Shown here: one piece after another, positions 9,790-18,114 of the stretch
Layout of the letters: each line of letters starts with the position of its first letter
Numbering within the stretch: position 1 is the first letter of the stretch
Origin: Clostridia bacterium
GTDB lineage: Bacteria; Bacillota; Clostridia; TANB77; CAG-465
Length of the DNA stretch: 64,000 nucleotides
Assembly: GCA_045536565.1 (NCBI GenBank)
Contig: JAZSNU010000020.1
Span: 32,001-96,000 of the forward strand
Reading direction: 5' to 3'
Position numbers and translations under genes: made by a program
The notes under the pieces: model-generated
The model's input: only the letters and a program-made list of their open reading frames with translations
Told to the model about the DNA's origin: nothing
Database searches by the model: none

Positions 9790-10251
9790 ATGAACATAAT
9801 ATTCATATGTACAGGAAATATATGTAGAAGTGCTATGGCACATGGTTATATGCAAAAAAGAGTTAAGGATTTAGGTATACAAGATGAGTATATTATTGAA
9901 TCAGCAGGAACGAGTGCATATACAGGAGATAGGGCAACTGATTTTGCAATAGAGGCAATAAAAAAATATGATACAGATATATCAAAACATAGAGCTACAT
10001 ATATTGAAGAGGCAAATATTGACCAAGCAGATTTAATTATTTGTATGACAGAGGCGCATAAAAAGAGAGTAATGGAAAAATATCCTAATAAAAAAGAGAA
10101 TACATATACTTTGAAAGAATATGTTGGTGAAAAAGGATATATAAACATAGATGATCCGTGGGGATATGGAATTGATGTATATACTTCATGTGCAAAAGAA
10201 ATTGTTTATTATGTGGACAAACTGATAGAAAAAATTTTAAGAGGTGAATAA
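9790..10251 (+). CDS. Low-molecular-weight protein (arginine/tyrosine) phosphatase, YwlE-like
   Basis: CTGNICRS P-loop, DDPWG; located next to rpiB as ywlE is in Bacillota. Confidence 0.9.
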   Translation: MNIIFICTGNICRSAMAHGYMQKRVKDLGIQDEYIIESAGTSAYTGDRATDFAIEAIKKYDTDISKHRATYIEEANIDQADLIICMTEAHKKRVMEKYPNKKENTYTLKEYVGEKGYINIDDPWGYGIDVYTSCAKEIVYYVDKLIEKILRGE

Positions 10252-10699
10252 ATTGATAATATTAGGTTCAGATCATGCAGGATATGAAATGAAAGAAAAT
10301 ATAAAAAAATTGCTGAAAGAAAGTAATTATGATTGTATAGATGTATCGACAGAATATATAGAAAATGATGATTATACAGATGTGGTAAAAAATATTTGTG
10401 ATAAAATGAGCACGGAAGATTTAGCGATAATGGTTTGTGGAACAGGAATAGGTAGTTCAATTGTAGCAAACAAATATAAAGGGATAAGAGCAGCAATTTG
10501 CTATGATGAATACACAGCCAAAATGACTAGATTTCATAATGATGCAAATATGTTATGTTTAGGTGGAAGAACTATTTTAGCAGAAGATAAAGAAAAATTA
10601 TTTAATATAGTAACTACATTTATATCAACAAAGTTTTCAAATGAAGAAAGACATATAAGAAGATTAAATAAAATAAAAGAAGTAGAAGAAGGTAATTAG
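10244..10699 (+). CDS. rpiB: Ribose-5-phosphate isomerase B
   Basis: GSDHAG, CGTGIG, ANKYKGIRAA, HNDANMLCLG, RHIRR. Confidence 0.93.
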   Translation: MNKLIILGSDHAGYEMKENIKKLLKESNYDCIDVSTEYIENDDYTDVVKNICDKMSTEDLAIMVCGTGIGSSIVANKYKGIRAAICYDEYTAKMTRFHNDANMLCLGGRTILAEDKEKLFNIVTTFISTKFSNEERHIRRLNKIKEVEEGN

Positions 10700-10700
10700 T

Positions 10701-11798
10701 ATGAACATATATGTTTATGGAATTATACTTGCAGTATCATTTTTAGTGTGTTATTTTATGGTACCGCTTGCTATAAAATTTGCAGTAAAAAAAGGAATAA
10801 TAGATAATCCTAAAAAGGATGACAGAAGGGTGCATAAAAAACCAATTCCAAGAGCAGGAGGAATAGCAATTATAGCATCTATGGCAGTATCATTATTGTT
10901 GTTTTATATATTATCATTGTTTTATGATAGTTTAAAAGTAGATATGCGATTTGTAGGATATTGTATAGCAGCAATAATAATTGGAATAATGGGATTTTTA
11001 GACGATTTAAAGGATTTAAGAGCAATAGAAAAAACATTATTTCAAGTCGTTGCCGCTTCAGTAATATATTTATTTGGTATAAGCATAGTAGGTATAAAAA
11101 TACCTTTTATACATCAAAATATTATTGATTTTGGAATATTTGCATATCCAATAACACTTTGTTGGATACTTGGAATAACAAATGCAGTAAATCTGATTGA
11201 TGGATTAGATGGGTTGGCAGCAGGAATATCTAGTATATCTGCAATATCATTATTAATAATATTTCTAATTGTAGGAGCACCGTTGGAAGTTATAGTAATA
11301 ACTATCGCACTTGTTGGAGCCACACTTGGATTTTTACCATATAACTTTAACCCAGCAAAGACATTTATGGGTGATGTAGGTTCAAATTTCTTGGGATTTA
11401 CACTATCAGTAATATCGATAATGGGTATGGCCAAAGGATATACAATATTGGCTATAGCAACGCCAATTATAATACTTGGAATACCAGTATTTGATATGGT
11501 ATTTGCAATAGTTAGAAGACTTATAAGACATCAAAAGATAACTGCTCCTGATAAAGAGCATATACATCACAGATTATTAAATTTAGGATTATCACAAAAA
11601 CAAGCGGTGTTAACACTTTATACAATTACATCTATTTTAGGAATAATTGCCGTTGCACTTACTGCTAACATGAAATGGCAAATATTATTAGTTATAATTA
11701 TACTTGCAAATATATTAGCAATATATTTTGTGGTAAGATATAAAAAGAATAAAAAAGAAAATGATAAATTAGAATTAAAAGAAAGTAAGAAAGTATAA
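10701..11798 (+). CDS. tagO: Undecaprenyl-phosphate GlcNAc-1-phosphate transferase (TagO/WecA, MraY family)
   Basis: PRAGGIAI, NAVNLIDGLDGLA, FMGDVGS, DKEHIHHRLL. Confidence 0.88.
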   Translation: MNIYVYGIILAVSFLVCYFMVPLAIKFAVKKGIIDNPKKDDRRVHKKPIPRAGGIAIIASMAVSLLLFYILSLFYDSLKVDMRFVGYCIAAIIIGIMGFLDDLKDLRAIEKTLFQVVAASVIYLFGISIVGIKIPFIHQNIIDFGIFAYPITLCWILGITNAVNLIDGLDGLAAGISSISAISLLIIFLIVGAPLEVIVITIALVGATLGFLPYNFNPAKTFMGDVGSNFLGFTLSVISIMGMAKGYTILAIATPIIILGIPVFDMVFAIVRRLIRHQKITAPDKEHIHHRLLNLGLSQKQAVLTLYTITSILGIIAVALTANMKWQILLVIIILANILAIYFVVRYKKNKKENDKLELKESKKV

Positions 11799-11817
11799 TA
11801 TATAGGGGGAATATAAA

Positions 11818-12267
11818 ATGGGATTAAAAGAAAATTTATTAAAAGAATTAAAAGAGGCAATGCAGGCTAAGGACACAATAAGAAAAGATACGATAACAAT
11901 GTTAAGAGCAGCTATACTTCAAATAGAAAAAGATACACAAAAAGAATTATCAGAAGACGATATGCTTGCAATTGTTGCAAAAGAAGTTAAAAAAAGAAAA
12001 GAATCATTACCAGAATATGAGAAAGCAGGAAGAGATGATATAGTTGAAAATTTAAATAAAGAAATAAAAATATTAGAGGTGTATTTACCAGAGCAACTAA
12101 CAGAAGATGAAATAAGAGAGTTAGTAATAGTAGCTATAAAAGAAGTTGGAGCAGAATCTCCAAAGGATATGGGAAAAGTAATGCAAAATGTAAGAGCAAA
12201 AACACAAGGAAAAGCAGACGGTAAAGTAATAAGCGATATAGTTAAAGCAGAATTAAACAATTTATAA
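11818..12267 (+). CDS. yqeY: GatB/YqeY domain protein
   Basis: LKEAM, KEVKKRKES, YLPEQL, KDMGKVM, GKADGK. Confidence 0.9.
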   Translation: MGLKENLLKELKEAMQAKDTIRKDTITMLRAAILQIEKDTQKELSEDDMLAIVAKEVKKRKESLPEYEKAGRDDIVENLNKEIKILEVYLPEQLTEDEIRELVIVAIKEVGAESPKDMGKVMQNVRAKTQGKADGKVISDIVKAELNNL

Positions 12268-12317
12268 TAATAGAAAAATAGGGCCAAGTTATACTTGGCT
12301 TTTATAGGAGGTAGAAA

Positions 12318-13550
12318 ATGAAAAAAGATATTGTTTTAATAAATGATGAAAAATTTAAAAGTGTTTTCATAGCAATAAATTTTATAAGAAAATTAAATAA
12401 AGAAGAAGCAGGGAAAAATGCTTTGCTTGCATCAGTATTAAAAAAAGGTACGGCTAATTTAAAAACAGAAAAAGAAATGGAACTAGAACTTGCAAAACTA
12501 TATTATTCTAGTATAGATGTAAATGTTGAAAAAATTGGTGGGCTATATAATGTTGAATTTGGCGCAGAGTTTATAAATAAAAAATACATAGATGAAGATG
12601 TTATGGATAAGGTGGTAAACATTCTACATGATGTTATGTATAATCCATATTTAAAAAATAATGTGTTTTCAGAAGAAATAGTAAGTGTAGAAAAAGAAGC
12701 ATTAATAGAAAAGATTAATCAAGAAAGAAATGATAAAAGAAGATGGTCTTTAAGAAGACTGGAAGAAGAAATGTATAGTCATAATGATTATAGTGTTTCA
12801 GTTTTAGGAAATGTAGAAGACATACAAAAACAAACAAGCACAACATTATATGAATACTACAAGGAGTTTTTAAATACCTCTGAAATTAGAGTAATTGTAT
12901 CAGGTAATTTAAGTGGTTATGAAAATTTAGAGAAAACACTTCAAGATAAATTTATAAAAAACAATGTAAAGGTAGAAAGTGTTGAAATAAAAAATAGAAC
13001 AGAGTTTAAAAGTGTAGAGGACTACGAAAAATTAAATCAAAGTGTTTTATGTTTAGGACTTGACATAAAAAACATGTCAAAAGATTTGGTTCCAGTTGTA
13101 GCAGTATATAACAGTATATTAGGCGGAACACCAGCATCTAAATTGTTCCAAAATGTAAGAGAAAAAGAAAGTTTAGCATATTTTGCTAAGTCTATGTATA
13201 TGAAACACATAAATTCTATTTATATATATTCTGGAATTAATTTAAGTAATGCAGAGAAGGCAACAGATGTAATAAAAAAACAATTACAAGATATAAAGAT
13301 AGGAAATATAACTGATGAAGAGATTGATACAGCTAAAAAGAATATGGTATTAACATATAAAGCAATATCTGATAATAAAGTGTTATACAATAGATTAATG
13401 CTAGCAAATGAGATATATTATGGAGCAGAGTTTAATATTAATCAATTTGTAGAAGATATTGAAAAAGTTACAATAGAAGATGTTGTAAAAGTAGCGCAAA
13501 ATATAGAAATAAATACTATATATCTTTTAGGAGGTAAAATAGATGAATAA
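12318..13550 (+). CDS. M16 family peptidase, non-catalytic subunit (YmfF-like)
   Basis: ILGGTPASKLFQNVREKESLAY; no HxxEH; paired with the next gene. Confidence 0.85.
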   Translation: MKKDIVLINDEKFKSVFIAINFIRKLNKEEAGKNALLASVLKKGTANLKTEKEMELELAKLYYSSIDVNVEKIGGLYNVEFGAEFINKKYIDEDVMDKVVNILHDVMYNPYLKNNVFSEEIVSVEKEALIEKINQERNDKRRWSLRRLEEEMYSHNDYSVSVLGNVEDIQKQTSTTLYEYYKEFLNTSEIRVIVSGNLSGYENLEKTLQDKFIKNNVKVESVEIKNRTEFKSVEDYEKLNQSVLCLGLDIKNMSKDLVPVVAVYNSILGGTPASKLFQNVREKESLAYFAKSMYMKHINSIYIYSGINLSNAEKATDVIKKQLQDIKIGNITDEEIDTAKKNMVLTYKAISDNKVLYNRLMLANEIYYGAEFNINQFVEDIEKVTIEDVVKVAQNIEINTIYLLGGKIDE

Positions 13551-14835
13551 AGTAGAGGTTGAAATAAATAATATAACACAAGATAAAGTATATAAAACTA
13601 CACTTAGCAATGGACTAAGAGTATTTGTATGCCCAAGAAAAGATTACACAAAAAAAATGGGCATGTTTGGTACGGTATTTGGTTCAATAGATAATGAATT
13701 AATTGATATAGATACGCATGAAAAAGTAAAAGTACCTGATGGAATAGCACATTTTCTAGAACATAAATTATTTGAACAAGAAGATGCAAATGCACTTGAT
13801 GTGTTTTCGAAAATGGGAGTAGATTCTAACGCATATACATCATTTGACCAAACCGTATATTATTTTGAAGCATCAGATAATTATGAAGAGTGTTTGGATA
13901 AATTAGTTGAGTTTGTATCAAGCCCATATTTTACTGATGAAAATGTAGAAAAAGAAAAAGGAATAATAGCACAAGAAATTAAGATGTATGAGGATGAACC
14001 AAATGCAGTTGTATACTATAATTTACTTAGATGTATGTATCAAAACCACCCTATAAATATAGATATTGCAGGAACAGTAGAAACTATATCTAAAATAGAT
14101 AAAGAAACATTGTATAGATGTTATTATTCTAATTATAATTTAAAAAATATGTTTCTAATTATTATAGGCGATTTAGATTCAGAAGAAATATTAGAAAAGG
14201 CAGAAAAAATAGTAGATAAATACTATACAAACAGAAAAGCAGAAGAGATAAAAAGAAATATAATTAATGAGCCAAAAGAAATAGCAAAAAAAGAGATAGA
14301 AACAAAACTACCTATTGCTATGGAAGTAGAAATGTTAGGATTTAAAATGAATCCATGTACTGGGAAAGAAAGCATAAAAGCAACAATAATTTCTGATATT
14401 ATAAATCAAGTGTGTTTTTCAACAGCATCGGATTTCTATGAGAAATTATACAAAGATGGAGTAATCATTGCAGAACCAGATTTTGCATTTGAAAGTGGTA
14501 GAGATTTTTCACACGTATTAATATCGTCATATGTTGTAGATGATAAAAAGTTTGAAGAAGAAGTAATAAAGTATATTACTGAGTTAAAGGAAAACGGTAT
14601 TGATCAAGATAAATTTGATATTATGCTTAAAAAGAAAAAAGGAGAACTAATATATAACTCTGAAAAACTTTCATGGATATATAGAAGTGTTATTGAATCA
14701 ATAATACAAGATGTAGATGTTTATGATGAAATTAACATAGCAAGCACTATAACAAAACAAGATGTAGATAACTTCATAAAAGAAAACTTAGACTTTGATA
14801 GAATGTGTATATCAAAGGTTGTGGGAATAGAATAA
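13543..14835 (+). CDS. M16 family zinc peptidase (YmfH-like)
   Basis: PDGIAHFLEHKLFE, NAYTSFD, EKEKGIIAQEI. Confidence 0.92.
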   Translation: MNKVEVEINNITQDKVYKTTLSNGLRVFVCPRKDYTKKMGMFGTVFGSIDNELIDIDTHEKVKVPDGIAHFLEHKLFEQEDANALDVFSKMGVDSNAYTSFDQTVYYFEASDNYEECLDKLVEFVSSPYFTDENVEKEKGIIAQEIKMYEDEPNAVVYYNLLRCMYQNHPINIDIAGTVETISKIDKETLYRCYYSNYNLKNMFLIIIGDLDSEEILEKAEKIVDKYYTNRKAEEIKRNIINEPKEIAKKEIETKLPIAMEVEMLGFKMNPCTGKESIKATIISDIINQVCFSTASDFYEKLYKDGVIIAEPDFAFESGRDFSHVLISSYVVDDKKFEEEVIKYITELKENGIDQDKFDIMLKKKKGELIYNSEKLSWIYRSVIESIIQDVDVYDEINIASTITKQDVDNFIKENLDFDRMCISKVVGIE

Positions 14836-14851
14836 AACATATATCTTTATA

Positions 14852-14880
14852 TTGTTTTTTAAGAAAGACCATGCTATAAT
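14852..14880 (+). promoter_or_regulatory. sigmaA-type promoter for the small peptide gene
   Basis: TTGTTT-17 bp-TATAAT with an extended -10 TG. Confidence 0.6.
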
Positions 14881-14919
14881 TGCTTTCGGCCACTTGCCAA
14901 GGAAGGTGGTGAAATAATT

Positions 14920-15006
14920 ATGACAGCATGGTCTATACTATTAGGTGCTATTGCTTCTGTTTTTGAGTGTTTGGCACACTTGATTACAGCCATTAAAAAG
15001 CGTTAG
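14920..15006 (+). CDS. 28-aa hydrophobic peptide MTAWSILLGAIASVFECLAHLITAIKKR, candidate type I toxin (not in the ORF track)
   Basis: SD GGAAGGTGG held in a 5' hairpin (14890-14910); single hydrophobic helix with basic tail; followed by its own terminator. Confidence 0.7.
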   Translation: MTAWSILLGAIASVFECLAHLITAIKKR

Positions 15007-15018
15007 CATCTAGCCTTT

Positions 15019-15056
15019 AAGTGAATCTAATTCCTAGTTAGATTCACTTTTATTTT
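15019..15056 (+). terminator. Intrinsic terminator of the peptide mRNA
   Basis: AAGTGAATCTAA-TTCCTAG-TTAGATTCACTT then TTATTTT. Confidence 0.75.
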
Positions 15057-15080
15057 ATGCAAATAAAATTAGTTTATGTA

Positions 15081-15191
15081 TAAAAAGAGAGAAGATAGTT
15101 TTTCCTAGCCTATCTTCTCGATAATTATGACTTAGTCTATACTTTTAACCTTTCTTTCTAGAAAGGAGAAATAAAAAATGTTTTTTATTTC
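15081..15191 (-). ncRNA. Candidate antitoxin sRNA (about 110 nt)
   Basis: Minus-strand promoter TTGAAA-17-TATAAT (15226-15198); minus-strand terminator hairpin 15089-15119 with U tract; carries sequence complementary to the peptide mRNA start region and terminator loop. Confidence 0.55.
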
Positions 15192-15479
15192 TTTTAAATT
15201 ATACATAATCATATATTTATTTTCAACAAAAAGAAGAAAATAAAACTGGTTAACATATAATTGTAATATAATTGTAACATGAATTCGATTAGAAGTCAAC
15301 GGGAATATATCAAATTTTTAAACTTGCAATATTATGTAAAGTATGATATAATATAAATATATTGTAAACAAGAATTAGTATTTAAATAAATAATAAAGAA
15401 AATAATCAGGCATAGCCTGTTTAAATATATAATTATATAAAAATTAGACTCCTTAAAAGAGAGTAGAAAGAGGTATTTT

Positions 15480-16274
15480 ATGAAAATATTAGAAAAATAT
15501 ATTTTACCATCAATGGTTATTTTTATTACATTTGCAATAGGTATAATATTAGACTATCTTTTTGATAATAGACTACTAATTGGAATATCTATGATGTTTA
15601 TACTTATATCTTTAATTTTAGAATATGTTTTTGAATGCTATTGGACAAATTTTAATATAGAACACATGATATGTAGTAATATAGTTAAATCGTGTATATG
15701 TTACATGATAGGAAGTTATGTACATGTTGGCCATTCAGAATTTTTAGTTATTGGTTGTATGAGTGCAATTGCAATCTTTATATATCCCGCAGTAACAATT
15801 GGCAGTATTATTGCACAATTAATAGATAACAAAATAACAATAAAAGAAATAAGAATAAACATTAAATTATTAATAGTTATATTAGTAATAGAAGTATTAA
15901 TAATATCTGGAATATTAGTGGGGTATAGTACTAATAATTATATTCAACAGAAACAATATGAGGCTTTAACATATTTTGATAATTCTAATGTAAATGGAAT
16001 AGAGTTTGTTCATGTTCCAGAAGAAATAGAAGAAGGTCTATATGGTGTAGTTAAAATAAAAGTTTTAACTAATGATGGCAGGTATGATAATGTAAAAATA
16101 TCAATTGGTGTTTCTGATCCAAGGGTTATATCATTTAAAACACCGGAGCAAAATGAAGATTATTATACAGTTAAGATTTACGCAAAAAAAACGGGTAGTG
16201 CTCAATTTACTGTTAGATGTGATGAAACAGATATTAGCAAGAGTGTAAAAATCTCTGTTGTACCAGAAGAATAA
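15480..16274 (+). CDS. Hypothetical membrane protein with C-terminal Ig-like domain
   Basis: About 5 TM segments, then a beta-rich VSDPRVI...KKTGSAQFTV domain. Confidence 0.7.
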   Translation: MKILEKYILPSMVIFITFAIGIILDYLFDNRLLIGISMMFILISLILEYVFECYWTNFNIEHMICSNIVKSCICYMIGSYVHVGHSEFLVIGCMSAIAIFIYPAVTIGSIIAQLIDNKITIKEIRINIKLLIVILVIEVLIISGILVGYSTNNYIQQKQYEALTYFDNSNVNGIEFVHVPEEIEEGLYGVVKIKVLTNDGRYDNVKISIGVSDPRVISFKTPEQNEDYYTVKIYAKKTGSAQFTVRCDETDISKSVKISVVPEE

Positions 16275-16435
16275 TATTCAAAACATCCAAGATTAATTTC
16301 TTGGGTGTTTGTTTTTTTGTTATGTGTCAAATAAAAAGCTCGAATTTTGTAGAAACTTGCGGTCGAAAACTACATAATATTGATTGACATAGCTGTCATA
16401 AAATGTTATAAATAATACATGAAGGAGATGATTAA

Positions 16436-16588
16436 ATGGTAGCAGATAAAATAAATAAATTAAGAGAAAAAATAGAAAAACAAATAACAAATAATGAGCC
16501 TTATGAAGAAATATATAGTACAAGCATGCAGATTGACGATTTAATCACAGAATACTACAAAGAAAAGGAATTATCCGAAAAAATTTAA
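16436..16588 (+). CDS. Spo0E-family aspartyl-phosphate phosphatase (50 aa, not in the ORF track)
   Basis: RBS GAAGGAG; INKLREKIEK...YEEIYSTSMQIDDLITEYY matches the Spo0E SQELD-like signature. Confidence 0.75.
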   Translation: MVADKINKLREKIEKQITNNEPYEEIYSTSMQIDDLITEYYKEKELSEKI

Positions 16589-16855
16589 GTTTATATTAAG
16601 TAGTGATAAACCTAGACATATAATAAGCAAGATATCGCATGAATTGTCAGTAAGCAAAAAGAAGGCAATTACTAATATAATAATAGTATCTATGTTTAAT
16701 GAAAATCCACCAATATCTAGCCTATCATTACTGCCTGGTTTTATATTAACTATATCTAATATTCGTTTTAAAAAGTTAGGCTTGTTTTCGTCATTTTCAA
16801 AATTTAAATTATCCCCTAAATTGTTATAAATATTTTCATAATTGTTATATATCAT
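16571..16855 (-). CDS. Small hypothetical membrane protein, likely sporulation-associated
   Basis: C-terminal IDTIIILVIAFFLL...DILLIICL; third gene of a coupled minus-strand operon. Confidence 0.6.
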   Translation of the reverse strand: MIYNNYENIYNNLGDNLNFENDENKPNFLKRILDIVNIKPGSNDRLDIGGFSLNIDTIIILVIAFFLLTDNSCDILLIICLGLSLLNINLNFFG

Positions 16856-17406
16856 TAAAAACCACTATCCCCGTTATTAAAAGAATCTAACACATTAAGT
16901 ATGCCTAAAATAAAAATATATGTATCAACATTTTTTTGTCTGTTATCTCTTAAAAAAGGTTTCAATGATAATAACAAATTCTTTCTAGGGTCTTCTTTAT
17001 TCATACTTGTAAAAATTTTACCCATTCTCACCATAGTATCCATATCAATATTTGCAAATGGATTAGAATTATTAGTACTTTTTGAAGGATTAGAATTAAA
17101 GCCATTTAACATTTCAAATATTTTTCCTATATCAAACCCGCTACTGTTATTATGATTAACATTTTTATTCTGATTTTGAGTAAAGTCGTAGTTTATAGTA
17201 CTGCTTTTAGTGTTATTAGAAAAGTTTTCATTTATATTATTAGAATATGTATTAGTATTAATATTACTGTTTACAGCGTTTTGATTTGGATTATTATCTA
17301 ACTTTTCTTGTAGAGTTTGAATTATATCTAAAAGGGGATTTGTATTATCATTATCTGCCTGTATTTCCTTTGGTAATTCATTATTATTTAAGATGTTTTC
17401 TTCCAT
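16855..17406 (-). CDS. Asn-rich hypothetical protein, likely sporulation-associated
   Basis: C-terminal DPRKNLLLSLKPFL motif typical of clostridial small spore-associated proteins; stop/start coupling with its neighbours. Confidence 0.65.
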   Translation of the reverse strand: MEENILNNNELPKEIQADNDNTNPLLDIIQTLQEKLDNNPNQNAVNSNINTNTYSNNINENFSNNTKSSTINYDFTQNQNKNVNHNNSSGFDIGKIFEMLNGFNSNPSKSTNNSNPFANIDMDTMVRMGKIFTSMNKEDPRKNLLLSLKPFLRDNRQKNVDTYIFILGILNVLDSFNNGDSGF

Positions 17407-17408
17407 TG

Positions 17409-17576
17409 TTATTTTCCTTGATTATTGTTATTGTTATTATTCATTCCAAGCATATTTGTTAAATTATTTAAATCTTCTGGGGACATGTTCCTTACCATAT
17501 TAGACACCTGTTCTAATTTTGCTTTATCTACACCTGCTAAAAGTTCAAGTAATTTAGAATTAAGCATATTATTCAC
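17409..17576 (-). CDS. 55-aa hypothetical protein (MNNMLNSKLLELLAGVDKAKLEQVSNMVRNMSPEDLNNLTNMLG...), not in the ORF track
   Basis: GTG start after AAAGGAG; stop lies 2 nt before the next gene's ATG. Confidence 0.6.
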   Translation of the reverse strand: MNNMLNSKLLELLAGVDKAKLEQVSNMVRNMSPEDLNNLTNMLGMNNNNNNNQGK

Positions 17577-17650
17577 TATTAATCAACTCCTTTATATATA
17601 ACAAGTATATGCATAAATGTACTTTTATGTTCCATTTAGACAAGTAAGAG

Positions 17651-17953
17651 GTGATAAATATTTTAAAGCAAAAAGATATATCAAAAATATATAACATTGT
17701 AGATATAGTAGGTGGAGATATAATTACAAAGAACAATGTAGTAAATATATATAATGTAAAACCATGTAAAGTTATTAATGAAAGTATAGAGCAACAGCAA
17801 CAAATATTTTCTTCATATTTAGCAGCAATTAAAATGTTTAATTTTAATTATAAAGTAATAATTGAAACAAAAAGAATAGATTTTAACAATATGATTTCCA
17901 AACTGGATAATAATATGCATTTAAGTAATAATGAGGGTCAAAAATATAAATAG
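17651..17953 (+). CDS. Hypothetical protein resembling the conjugation-associated protein encoded between PrgI and VirB4; possibly truncated
   Basis: Pattern YNIVDIVGGDIITK...YNVKP...ESIEQQQQIFSSY...FNYKVIIETKRID; recognised by eye only. Confidence 0.45.
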   Translation: MINILKQKDISKIYNIVDIVGGDIITKNNVVNIYNVKPCKVINESIEQQQQIFSSYLAAIKMFNFNYKVIIETKRIDFNNMISKLDNNMHLSNNEGQKYK

Positions 17954-18114
17954 CAAACTAAAAATAATAAATTATGACAGAGAGTGCATAGGAGAAAATA
18001 AAATAATACAAAATATAGCTATGCTAGTAAACAGTAAGAAGGAAAAATTAACAGATGCTCAGTTGCAACTTTGTAATGTGTTATAGTATAATAAATACAT
18101 AATAGGAGTATGTA

